DNA of 62,497 nt, filler included, from Chiloscyllium plagiosum (lineage: Eukaryota), in assembly GCF_004010195.1 (NCBI RefSeq). It is 5 parts of one record of this genome, joined end to end, with 100 filler letters (N's around TTAATTAATTAA, not from the genome) between each part and the next. Parts side by side here need not be neighbours in the genome. Positions count along the whole stretch, not along the records: positions 1 to 19,871 come from NC_057710.1; positions 19,972 to 28,772 come from NC_057710.1; 3 more parts are not named here. One strand, written 5' to 3'. The notes under the pieces are model-generated. The model worked only from the letters and a program-made list of their open reading frames with translations, had not been told where the DNA came from and searched no databases. Of the stretch, positions 12,271-25,600 are shown piece by piece (within the stretch, counting starts at the first letter, position 1; every line of letters starts with the position of its first letter). Both the position numbers and the translations under genes were made by a program.

Positions 12271-14479
12271 AATGTTCCAGAACTTGTAGAATTTTAGAAC
12301 ATGATGACATCCAATGTATCCCTTCTTTCCATTGTAATCCCTTTTAGTATGCTGGAATTTAAATTAAGGCCCCAGGGATTTATCAGTTCTATTCAATTCT
12401 CCAACTTTTTCTTTTAATAACACTAGTTTCCTTCAATTCCTCTTTCTCAATAGATCCTTGCTGCCCCAGCACTTCAATGTAATGCTTGGTGATCTTTCAA
12501 TAAAGACCAAACCAAACTAATTGCTTAACTGCTCTGCAGTTTCCTTGGTTTCCTTAATGAACACTTCCAATTCAGTTTGTGGGCCTACATTTGTATGGAG
12601 TTTGTTTTTTAAATAAGTTTACATACTTATAGAAGCTCTTACGGTCTGTTTTTAAGTTTCTTGCAAATTCACTCTTCTACTGAATATTTTTGTTTATTCC
12701 TGTATAAACATTTGGAACCTCCTTTTACTTAATTTTGAACTGCTCTCAGTCCTCTGGCTTGCTACATTTTGTAGCGACATTATATGTTGCAACACGAGCA
12801 CCTTTGGATGTAATAAAATCTTAAATTTATTTTGTTAGTCATTGTCAATTCCTCCACCTCCAAAGCTGATTTCAAGGAATATTTCTATTCCAATTTTTTC
12901 TGAAGTCCTCACTACATCCACACTACATGGTGAGCTTTTTCACCAGAAGGGCATGTATAACTGTTGGACTGCAGGCATTTCTTCTTTTACTATTTATTTT
13001 TGCCACTTTCTGCATCTTTAATGAAGTAACTCCATCTCTTGCAGCAAACTCACCACTCATACCTTCTTTGCTTCCTTTGTTTAGGAATCCTGTTCTGGAT
13101 TGGATTATTTCACTTCCTTTCCCAAAGAAAAAAATCATACGATGGCCACTTTCCCCAAAAGATCTCTCTCAACAAAATTATTAATTAACCCCTTTTCATT
13201 GCACAGAAACAAATCCAAGGTAATTTGTTCTTTAGTTGGTTCCTCAATGTACCAGTTTAAATAACCACCTGTATGCACTCCAGACATTCATCCATGATAA
13301 TATTATTGCTAATGTAGCCCACTCAGCCAATCTGTAGATTTAAATCACTCATTATTGTAACATCCTTGTTGCATGTACCTCTCTAATTTCCTATTTAATG
13401 ATAACCCATATTTTCTACACCTGTTTTAAGGCCTGTAGACAACTCCCACTAATGTTTTCCATCCCTTGTTGCTTCTTAACTGCACCCCTGACTGACTCTA
13501 CATCTAGATTTTTTTGTCAATATCCTATCTCACTATAGCATTGATTTCAGTTTTCCCTAACAATATCACCGCACCTTTTTCTCTTTATCACTTTTACAGA
13601 TTGAATAACATTGGATGTTCAATTCCCAGCCATGTTTCTTTAATCACAGTCATATCATACACATGTATAGCTCCTTGCTCTGTTAATTCATCTGACTTAC
13701 TGCAAAGGCTCTGAGCTTTTAAGTATATTATCTTTACACTATTTTGAACTGCAACTATTTGCTGCTATTCCTTGCTTCAACTGCCTTGCACTTTCTAGTT
13801 TTATTTCCACATATTCTTCTATATTTTATTTCCATCTTTATTTCCCTTCAGTCTTGTCTCCCATTTTAGCTTCCCACCCCTTGCTACTCCCAAGTTTAAA
13901 GCCTCACCCACAACAATAGCAAATACTTCTGTGAAGATATCAGTGTCATTTAGCTTAAACAGATCCCAGCTTCCCTGAAGCAATGGCATTGCCTCAAGAA
14001 TCTACATTTCTCCCTGCTACACCATCCTCTTATGCGTTCAACCAGTCTGTTATGTACACTTGTAATACAATGGGGCAATTTAGTTCTCTAGATTTCTGAA
14101 GTTTTTTGAGTAGGGGTGTGATTTGGTTCTCTAATTGTGGGGTCGGGTCTATCGCCACTTGTTGGTAACTGTTGGTATCTGTAAGTAGTGTGTTCACTTT
14201 TTCAATGTAGTCTCTTCAATTTAGAATGACTGTCAAGCATCCTTTGTCTGCAGGTAGGATAAAAACTCTTCTCAAAATTCACTAACAATGGGGCAAACTT
14301 TACACTCTAATTATTGAGATCAGGCTTTGGATTTTGTGATGCCGAAATGTTTCCCAGCAAGTTTCTGTAGAATTTCCTGTCTCATTAACTTTTGTACAAT
14401 TATGCTGTGGTCATACATAAAAGAGTCTTCAATGGTGGCTAAGTGTTGTATTTGCTCAAGATATCAACTTTCAGTACTT

Positions 14480-16000
14480 GATCTTTCAGAACTCTGTGGG
14501 AAGCTAGGGAAGTGATTGCTGGGCCCCTTACTGAGATATTTGTATCATCAATAGCCACAGGTGAGGTACTGGAAGACTGGAGGTTGGCTAACATGGTGCC
14601 ACTATTTAAGAAAGGTGGTAAGGACAAGCCAGGGAACTATAATCTGCTAAGCCTGACATCGGTGGTGGACAAGTTATTGGCGTATAGTCTGAGGGACAGG
14701 ATTTACATATATTTGGAAAGGGAAGGACTGATTAGGGATAGTCGACATGGTTTTGGGCATGGGAAATCATGTCTCATGAACTTGATTGAGTTTTTTCAGG
14801 AAGTAACAGAGGACTGATAAGGGAAGAGTGGTGGCCCTGATCTATATGGACTTCAGTTCGACAAGGTTCCTCATGTCAACTGGTTAGCAAGGTTAGATCA
14901 CATGGAATACAGGGAGAACTAGCCACTTGAATGCAGAACTGGCTCAAAGGTAGAAGACAGAGGGTGGTGGTGGTGGAAGGTTGTTTTTCAGACTGGAGGC
15001 CTGTGACCAGTGGCGTACCACAAGGATCGGTGCTGGGTCCATTACTTTTCATCATTTATATAAATGATTTGGATCTGAACATAGGAGATATTGTTAGTAA
15101 GATTGCATATGACACCAAAATTGGAGGCGTAGTGGACAGTGAAGAAGGTTACCTCAGAGAACAACGGGATCTTGATCAGATGGGTCAAGGAGTGCCAGAT
15201 GGAGTTTGATTTAGATAAATGAAAGGTGCTGCATTTTGGAAAAGTAAACAAGGCTGGACTTATACACTTAATAGTAATGTCCTGAGGAATCTTACTGAAC
15301 TAAAAGACCTTGGATTGCAGGTTCATATTTCCTTGAAAGTGGAGTCCCACGTAGACAGGATAGTGAAGACACCACTTGGTATACCTGTTTTTAATGGTCA
15401 GAGCATTGAGTATAGGTATTAGGAGGTCATGTTGCAGCTGGACAGGGCATTGGTTAGGCCACTTTTGGAATATTATGTGCAGTTCTGGTCTCTCTCCTAT
15501 AGGAAGAATGTTGTGAAACTTGAAAGGGTTCAGAAAAGACTTACAAGGATGTTGCCAGGGTTGGAGTGTTTCAGCTATAGGGAGAGGCTGAACAGGCTGG
15601 GGCTGTTTCCCTGGAGTGTCAGAGCCTGCGGGGTGACCTTATAGAGGTTTATAAAATCATGAGGGGTATTGATAGGGTGAATAGCCAAGGTCTTTTCCGA
15701 AGGATGGGGAGTCCAAAAGTAGAATGCAGAGATACAAGGTGAGAGAGGAAAGATTTAAAAGTGGCAACATTTTCACTCAGAAGATGGTGCTGTATGGAAT
15801 GAGCTGCCAGAGGAAGTGGTGGATGCTGGTACAATTACAGCATTTAAAAGGTATTTGGATGAGAATATGAAGCGGAAGGTTTGAGAGACATATGGACCAA
15901 GTGCTGTCAAATGGAACTAGATTAGGCTAGGATATCTGGTCGGCATGGATGAGTTGGACCGAAGGGTCTGTTTCCATGCTGTACATCTCTGTGACCCTAT
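14480..16000 (+). mobile_element. CR1/HER1 LINE, 5'-truncated
   Basis: [29 protein letters not shown]; 3' UTR tail. Confidence 0.93.
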
Positions 16001-16581
16001 ACTTCAAATACTGTGTTTCCATTGGCCTTCCAGAGCAGTCTGATCTTTGAGGATCCCTTGACTGATTTTTGTACTACACAAAGTTTTGAATTTTCTCTCA
16101 GTTATTGGTAGAGTATTGGAATGTAGACTGTGACATGATCATACTTTCAGTCTTAGCTGAGCCTTTTTATCTGTGTAATTCATTTTTTTGAGATCCCCTT
16201 TGATTCTAATAGTGTTACCAAAAGCTTATGGTCTGTCCCAACTTGGAATTTCAGTCCCATGGGGTATTTTATCAAACTTTCAATGCTTCTTTCTCCATAT
16301 TCACGTATCTCTTTGCTTTCCATCAAAGCCCTCAACATGAAATATGGAGATTTTCTTGTTCTTTCAGTTTACATCTAGAAAAAGACTGCTCCTAACCCTG
16401 TGAACATTGCAAGCACAGTTACTATAGTAAATTAAATATTAATCATAATGAGCAAAAACAACAGTGAAACAGCTTCACATTTCTGAAAAGCTGCAGTTTG
16501 TTCTAATTACTCTAATACCTTCACTGGCCTTTTCTCAAAAACACTGTTGTAGGTTAAGCATGACTGAATGAATTACTGATG

Positions 16582-16810
16582 AAGTTAAAACTCACACAGC
16601 ATCAGGTTATAGTCCAACAGGTTTATTTGGAAGTACTAGCTTTTGGAGCACTGCTCCTTCAGCAGGTAGCTAGTAGAGCAGGATCATAAGACACAGAATT
16701 TATAGCAAAAGATCACAGTGTCATGCAACTGATACCAAAAATTGAAAAAACCTAGATTGCTGTTAAGTCTTTCATCTTTCAGAACGGGTTGCAGGTCTCG
16801 GTTCATTGAT
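16582..16810 (-). mobile_element. Family-A PLE terminal fragment with a decayed hammerhead
   Basis: Same arm sequence as 7641-7730, followed by non-palindromic internal sequence. Confidence 0.7.
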
Positions 16811-18139
16811 AATTTCGATTTATGAACAATTAATCCATGTGTGGCTAATCTATTTAGGTTTTTAGTCAATGACAGCCCTTAAGATGTTGATAGTCAGTCA
16901 GGGAATTATGGTAATGCCATTGAATGTCACCTCAAGCTGTTTGTTCTCTCTTGTTGGTAGTGATAATTCTGCCTCGGCCTTGACCCTGAGGAAATCTTCT
17001 ATGATGACCTGGGCCCGTGATTGACCACTAATCATCACAACCACCACCTTTCATGTGAGGTTTTCTCCTGCTAGCACAGAGATGGCCTCTGCCTCTAATT
17101 CACTTCTGTTAGAGCTCCTTGATGATACTTAATCAAATGCTGTCCTGATGTCAAAGGTAGTTATGTTCAGCTTCTCTCCTGAGGTCAGAACTTTTTGTCC
17201 ATGTTTGGACCAAGGCTGCAATGAGGTTAAAAGTCAAATCAAATGATCTATGGAGCCTTTACCCCATTCAATCAGTTGTTTTAATTGCCTACTGCCATTC
17301 ACAACTTGATGTGGCAAGTTGGGGAAACTTTTATCTGGTTTGTTGGTTGTGGGATTGTTTAGCCCTTTCCCTTGCATGCTGCTTCCACTTTTGGAAATGC
17401 ACGTAGTTCCACATTGTAGTCTCACTGGGATTGTACCTCCTTTTTTGGGATGACATGTACTGCTCCTCCATGTTCTCATGTTCCTTATAGCAAGACTGCA
17501 CTTCCTCTAGCTTTTCCCTTCCTTATGTGATCTTGATTCATGTTAAAATGCTGGTGCATGCATGGGAAATATGTGCGATTCCACAGCAGGAAATGAATTT
17601 CAATGGTGAAAGTTGCCATCAATAGACAATGCCACGTGATTATCTACTTGGAAGGTAGGACTTTATGAAAAAATGTTTAGACACATGAACATTCCAGGTT
17701 GGTGAGAGGTCCAACCACACCACAAAAATCTACTCTTGATTTAATCTGTCTCATCATACTATCAATAATCAAAACATCACGTCCTCGCTAATGCAGTCAT
17801 TCAACATACCATGTCTCTCGCTATTTTGTGGGCTCCATAAGACTGTCCCATCTTTGACTTATACCAAGTACTGCCAGAGTGAAACTGTAATTTACAGTGT
17901 AAAATATTTAGTAAGTCTACTGCAAGCATTTTTTTCATACAAGCTGAAAACAACAACAACCAGTAAATCAAGAGAGGTAGATTCATGATCAAAGTTGGTC
18001 GAGCATAAAATACTATCCTATATCCTATGTCTTCCCTCCATATCTATGCTGACACCATTACCTCACTAACACCTGTCTGAGTTGTAATACTGCTGACCAG
18101 ACATCCAGTACTAGGGTACCAGAAATTTCTTCAAAACTA

Positions 18140-19290
18140 AATAAAGCACTACTGAGGATATAGCAGTGGATGTTGTTTACATGGATTCTCGTAAGGCTTT
18201 TAACAAGGTCCCTCAGGCTCATCGATAAGATTAAGATGCATGGGATTCATGATGACTTGGTCGGGTGGATTCAGAATTGGTAGTGGTTGGAAGGGTATTT
18301 TTCTGACTGGCAGTTCATGTCTAGTGATGTTCTGTAGGGATCTGTACTGGGACCTCTGCTGTGTGTGATATCTAAACAACGGATAATAATGTAGAGAGGT
18401 GGGTTAGTAAGTTTGCAGTTGATGCCAAGATCGATTGAGTTGTGGATAGTGTACAAGGTTGTCAAAGGATACAGTGGGATATAGGTGAGTTGCAGATATG
18501 GGCCAAGAAATGGCAGATGACATTTAATCCAGGTAAGTGTGAGGTGCTGCACTTTAGGAGATCAAATGTTAAGGAAAATGAAACATAGTTAATGGTGGGA
18601 CTCTGAGCAGCAGTGACGTACAGGACGATCTTGGGGTTCAAGTCCATAGCTCCCTGAAAGTGGCCATGTAAGGAGATAGGGTGGTAAAGAAGTCATATGG
18701 CAGGCTTGCCTTTATTGGTCGAGGAATTGAATACAAGGGTTAGGATGTCACTTTGCAGCTTTATAAAACTTTGGTTAGGCCACACTCAATTCTAGTCGCC
18801 ACACTTCCAGAAGGAAGTGGAGGCTTTGGCGAGGATGCAGAGGAGGTTTAGCAGGATGCTGCCTGGATTAGGGGATATGAGCTGTAAGAAGATGCTAGAA
18901 AAACTCAGGTTGTTTTCTCTTTAGCAGTGGAGGTTGAGGAGAGACTTGATAGAAGTCTATAAAATTGAGATGCATAGATAGGATTGATGGTCAGAATCTT
19001 TTCCCAGAGTTGAAACGTCTAATATTAGGGGTCATGCATTGAAGGTGATAGGGTAAATATTCAAAAGTGATGTGAAGGTCAAGCTGTTCTAGTGGTAGGA
19101 GTCTGGAATGCACTGCCAGGGGTGGTGATTGAAGCAGATACAATAAGGCCATTTAAGGGACTTTGAGGTAAGCACAAAATATGCAAGAGATATGGATCAT
19201 GGGCAGGCAGAAGGGATTAGTTTCATTTGGCATCCTGTCCAGTACAACACTGTGGGCCAAAGGACCTGTTCCTATACTGCACTATTCTAT
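18140..19290 (+). mobile_element. CR1 LINE, 5'-truncated
   Basis: [28 protein letters not shown] remnants and 3' tail. Confidence 0.88.
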
Positions 19291-19513
19291 GCTTCCACTA
19301 TGGTGTGAGAACCAGAGCTGGTGGTTGGGAAGTGCAGTGTGCAGGAAATAGCCTTGTCAAAGTTTCCCCTGAGGCCTCGGTACAAACATCCTCTCAGGTT
19401 CAGGACTTGGTTTCTGGGAGGCCAGCCATTTCTTGGTAATGGCAGAGTTGTTGACGGTAGCTGCAAACATGAGACAGAAAGGACGCCCTGGCTGATGGTT
19501 ACAAATGGTGTGT

Positions 19514-19769
19514 AAAGAATGATGCTAACTCTGGTTTGGAATGAAGAATCATGATATTTATTCTGGAGAGAGAGATGGACATCTTGATAGCACTTGCCCA
19601 CCACGATACCCCTCTCCACCCGAAACCCCAAATCTCCCAACAAAGAATGATGCTAACTCTGGTTTGGAATGAAGAATCATGATATTTATTCTGGAGAGAG
19701 AGATGGACATCTTGATAGCACTTGCCCACCACGATACCCCTCTCCACCCGAAACCCCAAATCTCCCAAC
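19514..19769. repeat. Exact 128-bp tandem duplication next to a gap
   Basis: 19514-19641 is repeated at 19642-19769. Confidence 0.85.
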
Positions 19770-19871
19770 CCCCAACTACCACCCCCATTCCACCACAAAC
19801 CTCAATCTCCCAACTCCCACTACCACCCCCACTCCACCACAAACCCCAATCTCCCAACTCCCTCTACCACC

Positions 19872-19971
19872 NNNNNNNNNNNNNNNNNNNNNNNNNNNNN
19901 NNNNNNNNNNNNNNNTTAATTAATTAANNNNNNNNNNNNNNNNNNNNNNNNNNNNNNNNNNNNNNNNNNNN
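19872..19971. other. Assembly gap with artificial TTAATTAATTAA linker (also 28773-28872, 36950-37049, 53659-53758)
   Basis: Identical 44N + 12 nt + 44N layout at four sites. Confidence 0.95.
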
Positions 19972-20520
19972 GTGGGGACTGTAGCCAATGGCCCGGAGCG
20001 GAGTGGGGACTGTAGCCAATGGCCCGGAGCGGAGTGGGGACTGTAGCCAATGGCCCGGAGCGGAGTGGGGACTGTAGCCAATGGCCTGGAGCGGTGTGGG
20101 GACTGTAGCCAATGGCCCGGAGCGGTGTGGGGACTGTAGCCAATGGCCCGGAGCGGTGTGGGGACTGTAGCCAATGGCCCGGAGCGGTGTGGGGACTGTA
20201 GCCAATGGCCCGGAGCGGTGTGGGGACTGTAGCCAATGGCCCGGAGCGGAGTGGGGACTGTAGCCAATGGCCCGGAGCGGAGTGGGGACTGTAGCCAATG
20301 GCCCGGAGCGGAGTGGGGACTGTAGCCAATGGCCCGGAGCCGAGTGGGGATTATAGCCAATGGCCCGGAGCGGAGTGGGGACTGTAGCCAATCCCAGAGT
20401 GGAGTGGGGACGATAGCCAATCCCAGAGCGGAGTGGGGACTGTAGCCAATGGCCCGGAGCGGTGTGGGGACTGTAGCCAATGGCCCGGAGCGGAATGGGG
20501 ACGATAACCAACAGCCCGGA
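19972..20520. repeat. 31-bp GC/CpG-rich minisatellite (~17 visible units)
   Basis: Unit GTGGGGACTGTAGCCAATGGCCCGGAGCGG(A/T); runs into the gap on the left. Confidence 0.95.
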
Positions 20521-20592
20521 GCAGAGCGCGGATTGTAGCCGGCCGACAGAAAGTGAAGATGGCTCCGAACCAGTGGTATTCAGTCAGACTTA

Positions 20593-20765
20593 CAGAGGAA
20601 CCTCGATTGTCTGCCATTCGATTAACTGAATTATGGTTGATCCGAACAACATCGCAAGGTCCTGCTGCGTGGCTCATTATGTTATCCAGCATCAGTTATC
20701 CAACTCTCAGTTAACCAAACAGAATACTCCTCACCCATGTCCTTCGGATAATTAAGGTTTCTCTG
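20593..20765. mobile_element. Tigger/pogo-like (Tc1-mariner) MITE
   Basis: TA TSD; TIRs CAGAGGAACCTCGATT / AATTAAGGTTTCTCTG; internal TTA(A/T)CCRAA-like repeats. Confidence 0.75.
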
Positions 20766-20769
20766 TACA

Positions 20770-20993
20770 TGGAAGCCGTTATTGAAATCCCGTGCTGTCT
20801 ATTTTCCTAACGTGTACTATGTATTTCTGTAATTGATTTTTTATTTTCTCTACTTTTTATACCGAAGATTTGTACCTAGGTATTTGTACCTAACATGGGG
20901 CCATGTGTTGGTGACATTGTACTTTTTTCACTGTACTCCGTTGAGTGCACGTGACAATAAACCTAATTCTCATTAAAAAATTCTAATTCTAAA
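20770..20993 (+). mobile_element. LINE-type 3' end (Rex/Babar- or L2-like)
   Basis: CACGTGACAATAAA followed by an (AATTCT)n tail. Confidence 0.45.
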
Positions 20994-21778
20994 ACTAAGG
21001 CACACAAGCATTAATTTTCTAGCCAGTATTTAAATCAATCCATTAAACACATCATTTTTTTTCCAAAACTAATTGACACATTTTTTCATACAAACACCAT
21101 TCCCCTTCATACACCTTCTACATACACAGAGACTGATAAGGTCACAGAGGATATATTTCCATTGCTTATACGTAAAACTGGAAGATGTTAACCAGATCAC
21201 TTCTATACTGTATACTCCACCTCAGACATAAATTGACACAGTGCTCATTATAAAAGCCTCCACTTACTCTTCTCCCCATATAGTAGCTCCTGTGCATACA
21301 CAGCCTTAAGCAAGAGATTCCACATCAATTTGTAAGAAATTCATTGTCTCAATGATTTCAAGTTTTCTTGAATCTTCATTGAGTATTCCTGTATTGAACT
21401 GTTTAGAACTGTCATTTCTCATTCCTTCCCATCCACCACCATCCAGTCCAACGTTTCTGCAGATCCCTTGTCCTCTCCTCTCCTTGGAGTTTTCTTTTCC
21501 ACACTATTATGTCAGCCGTATTCTCCCTTCTACCCCTTGGAGCCTCCTTCTCCCCCCTCTACTTGCAACCTACTTCTTTCTCCCCCATACCCTCTCCCCC
21601 CCTCTCCACTTTGGGTCATTGTTTCCCCTGTAACCACTGGATTCCTTGGCAGCTCACTTACCCAGCTGCTCCTCCAATTACAAGCTAGTTCACTCACTAA
21701 TGAACCAATCAATACCTTTGATGAGGAGGGCATTGCTTGTCACTGGCCACTCAGGTGTTTCCTTTTAGCTTGGTGGTG

Positions 21779-22102
21779 GGGCGGCACGGTGGCACAGTGG
21801 TTAGCACTGCTGCCTCACAGCGCCAGAGACCCGGGTTCAATTCCCGCCTCAGGCGACTGACTGTGTGGAGTTTGCACATTCTCCCCGTGTCTGCGTGGGT
21901 TTCCTCCGGGTGCTCCGGTTTCCTCCCACACTCCAAAAATGTGCAGATTAGGTGAATTGGCCACGCTAAATTGCCTGTAGTGTTAGGTGCAGGGGTAAAT
22001 GTAGGGGAATGGGTCTGGGTGGGTGCGCTTCGGCGGGTCGGTATGGACTTGTTGGGCCGAAGGGCCTGTTTCCACACTGTAAAGTAATCTAATCTAATCT
22101 AA
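21779..22102 (+). mobile_element. Full-length young HE1 V-SINE
   Basis: GGGCGGCACGGTGGCACAGTGG...GGTTCAATTCC, V core, (AATCT)n tail, CpGs intact. Confidence 0.95.
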
Positions 22103-23489
22103 ATGAATATTTTAACACCTGTTGTTCTTCACTGTGTCCTACACCTGCACACACACAGCATGGCTGCTGGGTAAAAATATTTAAAAAAAAAGAAAATGAA
22201 CCAATCAGTAACATGAAACTGCAAGTCCAAGCCTGTGATTGTAGAAGCAGGTCCTCATTTGCGTTTTCTAATTCTAGGGTTGTCTTCTTTTCTTGTATTG
22301 ATCACCACATGCTTGAATTTTCCGTGGAATCCTGGGGGTATCCAGGGTTGAATTTTCCCACTGCCCCATGTGCCGATTTTTAATCTAGAGGCATGCACCA
22401 CTAACTTTGAATGGCACCGTGAAGTGATCTAGCATGCCACTAAAATCCACATCACAACGTTCAACAGCAATTCAGCCAGGCATTATTTGCCAGCTTGACG
22501 AGGAACATCCATTTTTCAGTCGATGAATAAAAAATAACTTCAGCGTGATGTTCGTATTTTTACAATTTCTATGAGTTTGCAGAAAGTCAACACTGATGCA
22601 TATCAAAATTGCTCCACTGGCACTCCAGTGATTGCAATTACATTCGATAATGGTCCCCTTTGTTCAGTGTGCACATCAGACTGAATGTCTGCTGCTTTCT
22701 TACTGCGGTAAAGAAATGGATGTTAATACAAATTGAATGGCAATCAATGTTATGAAATTTTAAGGGTCAGACTAATAAGCTGAGATTGCTGGGAAAAGTA
22801 AATCTGTAGAGGAGCTGTGGGAGTAATAACACCCTGATATGAATTTGACATCATCAGTCTTATTCACTAGGTAATATTGCTTTTCCTTATATTTTAAGAA
22901 ACATGCATTGCTTGTTTTGCCTTCGAAGTACAAAGACTTTAATGCTGATGAGATGATTTGATGATATGAGAGTAAACAAATGTGAATAACCTTGTTATTC
23001 ACCAACAGTTTCTTTTTTGGCAAAGCTCAGTTCTATAAGTCTTGCTTCTGTTTTAAACAATCACCTTCTGGTCTAAGTGGAGCACATAATCCAGATTTAC
23101 ATTATTGTCATGCTGTCCTGCGTACCCTCTCATGTCGACGTAAAATATACTGTGGCACTATTTGTAGAGAAGTAGGACGTTTTCCTGACTTTATGGTCAA
23201 TACTTATTCCACAAATAAATGACAGAAAATGGCGGATTAAGTGGACATTTGCTGTTTGTGAGATTTTGCGATTGTCAATTGGCTGCCAAGTTTGCTGATG
23301 TAGCAACTGGCTTTAATTGAAAACAGTTCATAAAATGAAAAGTGCTTTGGGACGTTCTGAGGATGTGAAGCAGACTATGTAACTGCAATATTGAAGTATG
23401 CTAAATGTGTATAGTCGTCAGATTAACGGACATTATTGGTCTCATTGCCAACAAGCCCCGTTATTAAAATTGTAAAATTGGCAAAGAAG

Positions 23490-25600
23490 CAATGGCCAGG
23501 GTTTCTACGAGTTATTCCAGAGGCACAGCAGAAATTCATGTCAAGGAAGAAGAAACATACCAAGTTGAGGGTGAATCAACTATGGTTGACAAGAGAGGTC
23601 AGGGTTAGGGCTATGCTCTTAGCATGAAAAGCTAGCGACCTGACAAAGCGCTCCGAAAGCTCGTACTTCCCAATAACCCTGTTGGGCTATAACCTGTTGT
23701 TGTGTGATTTTTAACTTTAGCATGAAAGACAAAGCAGACAATGTGTTGAAGGTGATTAGTGGGAAGCCAGGGGATTGGGAAGCCTTTAAAAACCAGCAGA
23801 AGAAAAACTGAAAAAGCAATAAGGGAAGGGAGAAGATGAACTATGAGAGCAAACCAATCAGCGGTATAAAAGAAAATTGCAAGAATGTTTTCATATGTAT
23901 GAAAGGTAAGAGAAAGGCAAAAGTGGCCACTGGACTGCTGGATAACAGGACTGGAGAGGTAGTAATAAGGAACAAAGAAATGGTGGAGGAGCTGAATAGG
24001 TACTTTGCATCAGGTGGAACATGACAGTAGCATAGTAGATCTGCAAGAGATTCAGGGGGTAGAGGTGAGTATATTTAGAAGTAAAATAAGGTCGCGTCAA
24101 CATGGCTTCCTCAAGGGAGGTCATACCTAACAAATCTGTTTGAATGTTTTGAGAAGGTAACAAGCAATTTAGACAAAGGCATGATCCTTTTGGATTTCCA
24201 GAAGGCCTTAGGCAAGGTGCTGTACAGGAGGATACTAAATAAGATAAGGGCTCATCATGTTAGGGCTGAAAATGTGTTGCTGGAAAAGCACAGCAGGTCA
24301 GGCAGCATCCAAGGAACAGGAGAATCGACATTTCGGGCATAAACCCTTCTTCAGGAAGCCCTCCTGAAGAAGGGCTTATGCCCGAAACATTGATTCTCCT
24401 GTTCCTTGGATGCTGCCTGACCTGCTGCGCTTTTCCAGCAACACATTTTCAGCTCTGATCTCCAGCATCTGCAACCCTCACTTTCTCTCATCATGTTAGG
24501 GGCAAGGTACCAGTATGGATAGAGGATTGGCTGACCGGCAGAAGACAGAGTAGAGGGGAATAAAGACATCTTTTTCAGCATGGCAGCTGGTGAATAGTGC
24601 AGATCTGCAGGTGTCAGTTTTGGGATCATGACTATTTGCTTTTTACACTGATACTCTGGGTGAAGGAACTGAGGGTATTGTTGATAATCCCGCAGATGAC
24701 AAAAAGATAGGTGGAGGGATCAGATCTGTTGAGAAACAGGGGAGGCTGCAGAAGGACTTGGGCAATCTAGGAGAGTGGGCAAAGAAGTGGCAGACAGAAC
24801 AAAATGTGGGAAAGTGTGAGGTTGTTACTTTGGAAGGAAGAATAGAGACATAGACTATTTCTTAAACAGGTAAAGGCTTCAGAAATCTGAAGCATAAAGA
24901 AATTTCGGAGTTCTATTTCAGCATTCTTTTAAAGTTAACATGCAGGTTCAGTTGGCAGTGAGAAAGAGAAATGCAATATTAGCATTCATTTCAAGAGGAC
25001 TAGAATACAAGAGCAGAGATGTACTGCTGAGGCTGTACAAGACTCTGGTCAAACCGTATTTGGAATATTGCGAGCAGTTTTGAGCCCCAAATCTAAGGAA
25101 GGATGTTGGTGTTTGCGGGAGTCCAGAGGAGGTTTACAAGTATGATCCTGGGAATGAAGGTCTTGTGTTATGAGGAGCAGTTGATCTGCACTCGATGGAG
25201 TTTAGAATGTTAGGAGGTGATCTCACTGAAAGTTACAGAATACTGAGAGGCCTGGATAGAGTGGACGTGGAGAAGATGTTTCCACAAGTAGGAATGACAA
25301 GGACCCAAGGGTACAGACTCAGAGTGAAGGGATGATGCTTTTGAAATGAGATGAGGTGGGATTTCTTCAGCCATCGGTTGGCCAATCTGTGGAACTCACT
25401 GCTGTAGAAGGCTGTGGGGGCCAGGTCACTGAGGGTCTTAAAGAAAGAGATAGACAGGTTCTTGACTAGGAAGAGGATCATGGATTACAGAGGGAAGGCA
25501 GGAGAAATGGAGCTGAGAGACATATCAGCCATAATTAAATGTCTGAGCAGATCCAATGGGCTGAAGTAACTAATTCTGCTCCTATATCTTACGGTCTAAC
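23490..25600 (+). mobile_element. CR1 LINE with nested PLE fragments
   Basis: EMVEELNRYFAS, QHGF, DFQKA and ADD.K remnants; 3' tail. Confidence 0.85.
24266..24486. mobile_element. PLE-derived asymmetric palindrome (family B) nested in CR1
   Basis: 15-bp TSD ctcatcatgttaggg (24251-24265 / 24487-24501); CUGAAGA-A-GGGC(UUAU)GCCC-GAAA on +; ~34-nt tail. Confidence 0.88.

Larger units (their letters stand above)
11290..13750 (-). mobile_element. Old fragmented CR1 LINE with nested elements
   Basis: KGKSCLTELL, FQNAFD and endonuclease-region remnants. Confidence 0.6.

Noticed and set aside
19514..19769. 128-bp exact duplication as biological
   Set aside because: It is identical and adjacent to low-complexity sequence and a gap, so it is probably an assembly artefact.
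19972..20520. CRISPR-like array or repetitive protein ORFs
   Set aside because: Head-to-tail repeats without unique spacers; the ORFs arise only because the unit lacks stops.
21779..21850. tRNA gene (also other SINE heads and 46782-46860)
   Set aside because: A/B boxes belong to tRNA-derived SINE heads; no full cloverleaf.
23601..23611. Telomere-like AGGGTTAGGG
   Set aside because: Fewer than two units; not distinguishable from chance.
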